Of a DNA stretch of 64,000 nucleotides, positions 56,838-64,000 are shown one piece after another. Positions within the stretch are counted from its first letter, which is position 1, and each line of letters begins with the position of its first letter. A model generated the notes under the pieces. It was not told the origin of the DNA and did not search any database. It saw only the letters and a list, made by a program, of their open reading frames with translations. The DNA is from a virus: the IMG/VR virus record IMGVR_UViG_3300037493_004064, positions 1-64,000 of that record, one strand, 5' to 3'. Made by a program: the position numbers and the translations under genes.

Positions 56838-57631
56838 GTCGAGGAGTACTGCTTTTTGCGTTTAACAACGAAAAGTTCAACTACTATGACATGGCCGTGG
56901 CAACGGCGAAGCGTGTAAATCACTTTCTTAATCTGCCTGTTACCATAGTAACGGATACAGAGTCATCGCGCCGGTGCATTCCGGTTTTTGATCAGACATT
57001 ATTGGTACCGGCCGACAAGAGTAACCGACGAGACTATTCAACCTGGATTAATAAGGGTCGCTATCGTGCATATGCTCTTAGTCCGTATGATGAAACGATC
57101 CTGTTGGATACTGACTACATGATCAACTCCGATACTCTGTTGAAAACATTTGACTTCTGTGATGATTTCTGTTGCCACGATACCACCAGTTTTTTGATGC
57201 ACCCGGGTGTTCCTCAGGAAGTTCTCAGTGCCTATTCCCTTAACACTCTGTGGGCAACTGTGGTAACCTTTAGGAAAACAAGAAGGGCCGAACAAATATT
57301 TGGTTGTCTGGAAATGGTTCAGAAGAACTACGACCATTACGCAAACATTCATAACTTCGTCGGCGGGGTATTTCGTAATGACTATGCCCTGACTCTGGCC
57401 CTACGGATAGTTAACGGACACTCCGAAAATAAGCAAGATATCATCCCTTGGAATCTTGTTCATGTTGGCAAGAACACTTCAATATTTAGAAATTCCGATG
57501 ATGAACTCAACACTGAATATACTGTTATTTTTGACAGCTGGAAACGAGCCAAGATAAAGAAGGAGTATATCACTCTGAAGGATATGGACTTTCATTGTAT
57601 GAACAAGGCTAACTTTATGGAGTTGATATGA
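56834..57631 (+). CDS. GT-A fold glycosyltransferase-like protein (GT8-like)
   Basis: SPYDETILLDTD (DxD), RNDYAL and a terminal HxxNK. Confidence 0.75.
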   Translation: MSRGVLLFAFNNEKFNYYDMAVATAKRVNHFLNLPVTIVTDTESSRRCIPVFDQTLLVPADKSNRRDYSTWINKGRYRAYALSPYDETILLDTDYMINSDTLLKTFDFCDDFCCHDTTSFLMHPGVPQEVLSAYSLNTLWATVVTFRKTRRAEQIFGCLEMVQKNYDHYANIHNFVGGVFRNDYALTLALRIVNGHSENKQDIIPWNLVHVGKNTSIFRNSDDELNTEYTVIFDSWKRAKIKKEYITLKDMDFHCMNKANFMELI

Positions 57632-58413
57632 CCCGCGGCTTTGTAATCCTGGCAGTTGATGCCGGCGGCACTGACTATCTGAAGTGCGCCCGAACGTTGG
57701 CCAAGTCAATTAGAACTTGTATGCCGAATGAATCTATTACTCTCATATCTGATCATACTGAACCCGATGAATTGTTTGATACCGTTGTCCAATTACCACA
57801 TGGTGACCTTGCCCCAAAGAGCGCATGGAAACTCATCAACGATTGGCAAGTGTATGAAGCCAGCCCGTATGATTACACCATAAAACTTGAAGCCGACATG
57901 ATTATCCCACGGTCCATTGAATACTGGTGGGACGTTTTATGTGGGCGTGACCTTGTTGTGAGTTCCACCATTAGAAACTTCAAAGGAGAGATATCAGATT
58001 GCAGGGTATACAGACGATTCATTGATGACAATAAGTTACCTGATGCATATAACTCCATAACCTATTTTAAAAAATCAGATGTGGCCAAGAAGTTCTTTGA
58101 AATTGTCCGTGATATATTTGAAAACTGGACGGACTATCGCGCCTTGATGAAATGTTCCTCACAGGAAGAAGCCACTACTGACTGGGTGTATGCCATTGCC
58201 TGCCACATAATGGGCATGGAGAAAACAATGTTACCAACCTTCACAGAAATGAGCATGGTTCATATGAAGCAATATGTTAACGGACTGCCACACGAAGACT
58301 GGACTAAGGTGTTGGTCACTGAGTTTCGCCCTATGCGTGTCAACTCATACATTCAGTTGCACCCGTTCCACTATCATCAGAAGTCATTTTCTGATACAAT
58401 AGATCATGGATGA
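57628..58413 (+). CDS. GT-A fold glycosyltransferase-like protein, paralog of the upstream gene
   Basis: SPYDYTIKLEAD (ExD variant), TTDWVYA, VHMK and FHYH. Confidence 0.7.
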   Translation: MTRGFVILAVDAGGTDYLKCARTLAKSIRTCMPNESITLISDHTEPDELFDTVVQLPHGDLAPKSAWKLINDWQVYEASPYDYTIKLEADMIIPRSIEYWWDVLCGRDLVVSSTIRNFKGEISDCRVYRRFIDDNKLPDAYNSITYFKKSDVAKKFFEIVRDIFENWTDYRALMKCSSQEEATTDWVYAIACHIMGMEKTMLPTFTEMSMVHMKQYVNGLPHEDWTKVLVTEFRPMRVNSYIQLHPFHYHQKSFSDTIDHG

Positions 58414-58744
58414 AAATAACTTTACTATAATCTGGGAAGCACCTAAAATCGTAAAACCCGAGTTTCGTTTATACTACGATGAAGCCGGTAAGGTGATTTG
58501 TTATACATGCGACACCACGTTGCCCGGTAACTTTGTCGTGGTAGATTCCTCAACTTTTGCCCAAAGTCGCCCTGATCTAAGAGTAGTCAATGGTAAACTA
58601 GTAGAGGGCATCTCGGCAGTTGTCGTCTCCAGATTAGTTCCGGGCCCGGGTATTAGGTGTGCCGCAGAAGATTTTAACATCGTCGTTGGTGATGATTACC
58701 AAGGCGAAACAATAACATGGAAATTACAAACGTATGAACTCTGA
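58406..58744 (+). CDS. Hypothetical protein
   Basis: 112 aa, overlapping both neighbours in the operon. Confidence 0.7.
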   Translation: MDENNFTIIWEAPKIVKPEFRLYYDEAGKVICYTCDTTLPGNFVVVDSSTFAQSRPDLRVVNGKLVEGISAVVVSRLVPGPGIRCAAEDFNIVVGDDYQGETITWKLQTYEL

Positions 58745-59687
58745 TATAGTTGATGTTGCTGATTTAGATTGCGTATACCTAAGTTATGACGAGCCGCAGA
58801 AAGAAGAATTCTGGCTGAGAATTAAGAATATGGTGCCGTGGGCAAAGAGAGTTGATAATGTCAAAGGCTCTGATGCAGCACACAAGGCAGCAGGGGAAGC
58901 AAGCGACACAGAACGATTCATCCTGATCGACGGTGACAACATGCCCGACGAGTCCTTCTTCAACATTCAACTGGATTTCACTGGTAAGGATGACACGTTT
59001 AAACTTGGGCAATTCCGTTGGAAAGCCATCAATAGCATCAACGGGCTGCGTTACGGCAACGGGGGCATGTCCTCTTGGACAAAGACGTATGTACGCGAGA
59101 TGAAAACTCACGAACATCAGGATGAGGGTGATGTATCCAGGATTGCTGATTTCTGTCTGGACAGCAAAGACAATCTTTACTGGGCCATGAACGACTGCTA
59201 CTCCACAACATACCCGAACCACACCCCGTTTCAGGCATGGCGTGCCGGCTTCAGAGAAGGTGTCAAGATGTGTCTGGTCAAAGGCGCCCGTCCTACAGTA
59301 GACGAATTTAAGGATAACGTGGCCAGTCGCAACCTGAACAATTTGACTATTTGGCATAACGTCGGTGCAGATGTGGAGAACGGTTACTATGCGATGTACG
59401 GGGCACAGTATGGGACATACATGACTTTGCTCACCAATTGGAATCCGCATGATGTGCAATGGTTTGATAATTACCCCATACTATGGGAAGATTTCCAGAA
59501 AACCAAATACAACGATGAATTTTTGTATCAGATGAGTGAGTCACTGAAAGATAAACTTGGACTGCCCATATGCACTTTGAATCCGGAGCAAAGCAAATTC
59601 TTTAAGCGACACTATAATGCTGATAAGTACAACATGGGTCCTCTGGTCAGAGAGATGGACGTAATAAGAAAGCACGAAGGTTGGTAA
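58734..59687 (+). CDS. Glycosyltransferase-like (GT-A / nucleotide-diphospho-sugar transferase) protein
   Basis: YLSYDEP...VKGSDAAHKAA...FILIDGDN (DxD)...YGNGG...AWRAGFREGVK. Confidence 0.65.
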   Translation: MNSDIVDVADLDCVYLSYDEPQKEEFWLRIKNMVPWAKRVDNVKGSDAAHKAAGEASDTERFILIDGDNMPDESFFNIQLDFTGKDDTFKLGQFRWKAINSINGLRYGNGGMSSWTKTYVREMKTHEHQDEGDVSRIADFCLDSKDNLYWAMNDCYSTTYPNHTPFQAWRAGFREGVKMCLVKGARPTVDEFKDNVASRNLNNLTIWHNVGADVENGYYAMYGAQYGTYMTLLTNWNPHDVQWFDNYPILWEDFQKTKYNDEFLYQMSESLKDKLGLPICTLNPEQSKFFKRHYNADKYNMGPLVREMDVIRKHEGW

Positions 59688-61270
59688 TGCAAAAACAAGT
59701 AAAAGACATAATTTGGTTAACAGATATCGGGTCAGATAGGATTCAGAATAACCCGGTAAATATTGACAAGGCAAAAGACCTACTGAATAGCACCGGCCCT
59801 GGATTTTGTCTGGCAAAGTTTACACAGGTAACGATGCACCTGGGCACTGGTATGACTCATGCGTGTCACCATCCTAGTCCACATGCTATTCCTCTTGAAG
59901 AAATAGAAAATAACCCTGCGGCTTTGTTTAACACGAAGCATTTGAAACAAGCAAGGAAGGAAATGCTTGCTGGTGGGAAACCGGCAGAGTGTGATTACTG
60001 TTGGCGGATTGAAAATAATAAGAGCCCTAGTGACCGATACTTTAAAAGTCTGGAGCCATGGGCACTGTCAAAGCACGACGAGATTCAAGCCAGTGACCCT
60101 GAATCGGACTTTTTCCCAACGTATCTTGAGGTAGATTTCAGTAATGTATGTAACTTCAAATGTGTGTACTGTGGACCTGAGTATAGCACCAAGTGGGTTG
60201 AGGATCTGAAACAGCATGGTCCAATAAAGTTGTTGGAGAACACACACCATGTTCAATGGGCACAGGGTTACCAAAAAAATCTTGATGATCTTGCATATAA
60301 GAACAGCGAGTTTAATCCTTACCTTGATGCATTCTGGAAATGGTTTCCTGAGGCATATAAACATCTCAAGGTGTATCGTATAACTGGTGGAGAACCGCTG
60401 CTGACTAAAGAAACATTTAGGAGTATGGATTGGTTCATTGAGAACCCTAATAAGGATCTGGAATTCAACATCAATACTAACCTAAGCGCCCCTGATAAAC
60501 TATGGGATGCATTTGTCAGCAAGATAAAGGTGATATCAAGTAACCAATGTGTAAAGAAATTTACTGTTTTCACTAGTGTAGATGGATGGGGGAAGCGCGC
60601 CGAATATGCCAGACCCGGGTTAGATTTTGGGGTGTTGCAGGACCGCGTCGAGCAACTGTTGAAAATCGGTAACATTCGCGTTACCATAATGTGTACGTTT
60701 AACATTTTTAGCATTTCCAGTATTAAGGAATTATTGGAATGGCAAGTAGGACTAAAGAGACAATACAACAACAATGCACAGGGCGCAGATTGGGAAGTGG
60801 AAATGGGATTCAATTTAAATGGCACCGGTGATCCCTTTGCCATACGAAAGATGAAAAATCCTGACCATTACGCAACTGTTGGTATAGACACACCATACTT
60901 ACGTAGCCCGACATGCCTTGATGCCCAGTACATCGACCACAGTATCATACAAAAGTATCTGATACCGGCAATGAATTATGTAGCTGAAAACACAGCAACG
61001 CATACATGGAATAGCCATCAAGGATTTGAAGATTACGAACTGGAAAAGTTCAAACGAATATGCCTACAGATAATGGGACACGATAAAAATAATGTGCAGA
61101 ACGGAGACACCCGGGACACCATAGTAAACCGTGCTAAGTTCTTTGACTTCGTAAACGAGATTGACCGTCGCCACGGCACTGATTTCTTAGTGACTTTTCC
61201 TGAAATGACAGACTTCTATGAGTTGTGTGAACGAATGAACAAAGAAGTCCGGGAAGGAAAACATGTCTGA
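59687..61270 (+). CDS. Radical SAM protein with an N-terminal twitch/SPASM-like Fe-S domain
   Basis: CNFKCVYC (CxxxCxxC), ITGGEPL, NTN, and an N-terminal C...CHH...CDYC. Start at the TAATG overlap, 59687. Confidence 0.9.
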   Translation: MQKQVKDIIWLTDIGSDRIQNNPVNIDKAKDLLNSTGPGFCLAKFTQVTMHLGTGMTHACHHPSPHAIPLEEIENNPAALFNTKHLKQARKEMLAGGKPAECDYCWRIENNKSPSDRYFKSLEPWALSKHDEIQASDPESDFFPTYLEVDFSNVCNFKCVYCGPEYSTKWVEDLKQHGPIKLLENTHHVQWAQGYQKNLDDLAYKNSEFNPYLDAFWKWFPEAYKHLKVYRITGGEPLLTKETFRSMDWFIENPNKDLEFNINTNLSAPDKLWDAFVSKIKVISSNQCVKKFTVFTSVDGWGKRAEYARPGLDFGVLQDRVEQLLKIGNIRVTIMCTFNIFSISSIKELLEWQVGLKRQYNNNAQGADWEVEMGFNLNGTGDPFAIRKMKNPDHYATVGIDTPYLRSPTCLDAQYIDHSIIQKYLIPAMNYVAENTATHTWNSHQGFEDYELEKFKRICLQIMGHDKNNVQNGDTRDTIVNRAKFFDFVNEIDRRHGTDFLVTFPEMTDFYELCERMNKEVREGKHV

Positions 61271-62696
61271 ACATCTAATAACCTGGAGAGATGAGCAACT
61301 TAACACCATAAGCAAAAGTTTCTGTCCGGCTAAATGGTATAATGCAAGTATCTACTTGGGTTTTGGATACACTGGCTCATGCCACCATCCCCTGCCACAC
61401 CCAATTAACAAGGAAGAAATTTTAATCAATCCCAAGGCCATTCACAATACTGCACACAAGAAGGAAGTCAGAAAGATGATGCTTGAGGGTATCCGGCCCG
61501 CAGAATGCGCCTATTGCTGGAAAGTAGAAGGCATGGGAAGAAATAACGTCAGTGACCGAGTGTACAAGAGCATAATTTATGATAACAATGATATAAAGGC
61601 CATTAAGGATATGCCATGGGATGCCGACGTTGAACTTAAAACGTTGGAGATTAGTTTTGATCGCCAATGCAACTTTGCATGTAGCTATTGCAATGCCGGC
61701 TATAGTTCAACATGGTCTCAGGACTTACAGACAAATGGAGCATATCAAAACTTCATTGCTCCTGGTGGCGGTGGCGGTGCATATCAAACTGATGGAAGCT
61801 GGGCAGAAGCAAATGGTAGACATCTTGACGATAATCCATACACAGATGCCTTTTTTAAATGGTGGCCTGAGTTGTCAAAGAGTTTAGATGAAATCCGGAT
61901 TACCGGCGGTGAAGCCACTGTCAGTCAAAACTTCTGGCGGTTCGTTGATATTATGCACCAATCCGAGTCACCAAATATGCGCTTTGCTGTCAATTCTAAT
62001 TTAGGGATGAGTGAAAAGGCCCTTGAGAAACTTATTAAAATTACCCACACCTTACCAGTAAAGGAGTTTGACTTATTTACCAGCAATGAATGTTACGGGG
62101 CACATGCTGAATATGTGCGAGATGGTCTTAATTACAAGCAGTGGAGAACCAATATGGTGACCTTCATGGATAATGCCAAATTTAGATCACTGACTATTAT
62201 GATGACTATAAACAATCTTACGCTGTTCAGTTTAACTGATTTCATTGATGATATGATTGAGTTAAAGAAGAAATACGGAGTAGGTAGGCCTCTGATGGAT
62301 TTGAACATTCTGCGATGGCCCAATTATATGAGCGTCCTTGTTCTCCCTGATGACATTAAGAGTGAATGCCATGCACAGATTAAGAATTGGTTTGCCGATG
62401 AGCAAAATACCAAGTACCTGGAGCCGAACGAAAGGGCCAGTATTCAACGATTAATCGATTATATTGAGGTAGTCGATAAGGCACACATAAATACCACTGA
62501 TGACAAGTCTCTGTTATTTCATGATTTTAAAAGTTTTTATACCCAGTATGACACCCGCAGAAGTAAAAATCTAATGGAGACTTTTCCTAGGTTAGCCGAT
62601 TGGTATGAGAAAATAGAACTGAAAAAGATATTTGAAATAAAACCGTTAAACCAGACTGGAATAACACAGTATGAATTAGGAGAGTACAAGGGATGA
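61263..62696 (+). CDS. Radical SAM protein with an N-terminal twitch-like domain (paralog)
   Basis: CNFACSYC, ITGGEAT, NSN, and an N-terminal CPAKW...SCHH...CAYCW. Confidence 0.9.
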   Translation: MSEHLITWRDEQLNTISKSFCPAKWYNASIYLGFGYTGSCHHPLPHPINKEEILINPKAIHNTAHKKEVRKMMLEGIRPAECAYCWKVEGMGRNNVSDRVYKSIIYDNNDIKAIKDMPWDADVELKTLEISFDRQCNFACSYCNAGYSSTWSQDLQTNGAYQNFIAPGGGGGAYQTDGSWAEANGRHLDDNPYTDAFFKWWPELSKSLDEIRITGGEATVSQNFWRFVDIMHQSESPNMRFAVNSNLGMSEKALEKLIKITHTLPVKEFDLFTSNECYGAHAEYVRDGLNYKQWRTNMVTFMDNAKFRSLTIMMTINNLTLFSLTDFIDDMIELKKKYGVGRPLMDLNILRWPNYMSVLVLPDDIKSECHAQIKNWFADEQNTKYLEPNERASIQRLIDYIEVVDKAHINTTDDKSLLFHDFKSFYTQYDTRRSKNLMETFPRLADWYEKIELKKIFEIKPLNQTGITQYELGEYKG

Positions 62697-63352
62697 TTGA
62701 AAAAGTAGTTGGATATGGGTGCAGTTTTATGCAAGGAGACTCAGTTGCTCCGGAACTGACATGGGCTGCATTACTGGCAAAGAAATTTAAAGTCCCATTG
62801 CGGAATAGAGGCCAAAATGCAGGGTCAAACAAATTGGCCATGATTTACCTATTTGAGGATATATGCAAGGGCGATTACAGCAATACTCTGGTATTGTTTT
62901 CATGGACAGGAATACAACGGTCTACTTTTTGGTGCGAACAAAAAGATTACAAGAAATGGATTCCGGTATTACCGGGGCATGAATCACCTGACAAGATCAT
63001 TGCAAACATGAACTCGGCATACTATGCTGATCTGTATTCGGATTATGAGGCGCTGCACACCTCTTATATGCAAAAGTTGTCAGTTCAGGCTTTGCTGAAG
63101 GCAAAGAACATACCATATATGTTTGTAAATTCATTTACCGAAGATTTTATCCTTTACAATGATGATACCATGAAATCCTTTGCTGAAAACTTAGACACAG
63201 ACAACTTTTTATTTGGGTACGAGGATTCGATTTACCAGCACGTTTGTTTAAATCTGAAGATGGTTGCTGAGGATAATTTCCATCCAAGTATTATGGGCCA
63301 TGAATATGTGGCAGATGCAGCGCATAAGTTCCTACTTAGGAAAAAAAGATGA
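62693..63352 (+). CDS. SGNH/GDSL-fold hydrolase or acyltransferase-like protein
   Basis: Block I GCSFMQG, block II NRGQNAGSN, and C-terminal DNFHP (DxxH). Confidence 0.75.
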   Translation: MIEKVVGYGCSFMQGDSVAPELTWAALLAKKFKVPLRNRGQNAGSNKLAMIYLFEDICKGDYSNTLVLFSWTGIQRSTFWCEQKDYKKWIPVLPGHESPDKIIANMNSAYYADLYSDYEALHTSYMQKLSVQALLKAKNIPYMFVNSFTEDFILYNDDTMKSFAENLDTDNFLFGYEDSIYQHVCLNLKMVAEDNFHPSIMGHEYVADAAHKFLLRKKR

Positions 63353-64000
63353 AACGATTTTTTGCTTTCGGGTGCAGTCTGACCAGGTATGCTTATGCAA
63401 CTTGGGCAGATTTGGCCGCCGCCAACTTTGACGAGTACTATAATTACGCCAAGGGCGGTGGTTCTAATACATTGATGATGGGCAGGCTGATAGAGGCTGA
63501 TAATTATTTTGATTTTAATAAAGATACTGATACTGTTTACGTGATGCTCTCCGGAATAGGAAGATATAGTTATTACACATACGATAGGGGATGGATTACC
63601 AATGGTGATTTATATTCTTACCTGAGCAAAAACAACAATAAGGATATGGAATTTTTAGTAAAAAATATCTATAACGATAAGGGGGCAATTTACCAATCCT
63701 GGTTAGCGGCACACCTAATGAAGAAGTTGCTTGTCTCAAAAGGTATACCACATAAGATATTATATGGAATTAATAACAGTAACTATTTGGTTCAGAATGA
63801 ATTCAACGATGAAGAATCTATTAGGAAAGTTATGGACATTGAGTCAATAGTAGATATAAAAACACCATTCAATGATTGGTTTAGATGTCCCGAGAACCTA
63901 AGGGCCGGGCCAGTTACTCCTAATTACACCGATGCTAATACTTTTGACGGGCACCCTTCACAGTTATTGCACTATAAGTTTCTGAAGAATTTTCTGCCTG
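63349..64000 (+). CDS. SGNH/GDSL-fold protein, truncated by the window edge
   Basis: ATGA overlap at 63349. Reads MKRFFAFGCSLT...NYAKGGGSN...FDGHPSQLLHYKF and is open to the end of the window. Confidence 0.75.
   Translation, partial: MKRFFAFGCSLTRYAYATWADLAAANFDEYYNYAKGGGSNTLMMGRLIEADNYFDFNKDTDTVYVMLSGIGRYSYYTYDRGWITNGDLYSYLSKNNNKDMEFLVKNIYNDKGAIYQSWLAAHLMKKLLVSKGIPHKILYGINNSNYLVQNEFNDEESIRKVMDIESIVDIKTPFNDWFRCPENLRAGPVTPNYTDANTFDGHPSQLLHYKFLKNFLP

Noticed and set aside
7216-62841. Numerous short ORFs nested in or antisense to the major genes (e.g. 10272-10679, 30864-31361, 58779-59459, 60319-60843)
   Set aside because: They lie within or largely overlap well-supported genes and show no motifs, promoter or RBS.
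1-64000. Stop-codon reassignment (alternative genetic code)
   Set aside because: Core genes are full length under the standard code, and TAA, TAG and TGA all terminate genes at sensible, often overlapping, junctions.

Overview
This window is 64 kb of a large T4-superfamily (myovirus-like) dsDNA phage genome using the standard code, and it covers mostly the virion module. Left to right: (1) a very long Gly-X-Ser collagen-like fibre gene on the minus strand (starts at 6116, runs off the left edge, missed by the ORF track); (2) a minus-strand head module (gp23 capsid, gp22 scaffold, gp21 protease, acidic core, gp20 portal) and a tape-measure-like gene with a lytic transglycosylase domain; (3) a divergent gp26-like hub chaperone with a textbook -1 frameshift signal; (4) about 600 nt of highly structured non-coding sequence, probably a large RNA, with its own late promoter just downstream of a GIY-YIG-like nuclease; (5) gp46/gp47 and a gp55-like late sigma factor; (6) a plus-strand baseplate/tail module that includes a 5810-aa protein; and (7) a tightly coupled late operon of glycosyltransferase-like, twitch radical-SAM and SGNH-fold genes. 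T4-type late promoters (NNTAAATA) occur throughout, and many sit only 4-6 nt before an ATG. All calls come from reading motifs by eye; no database search was run.
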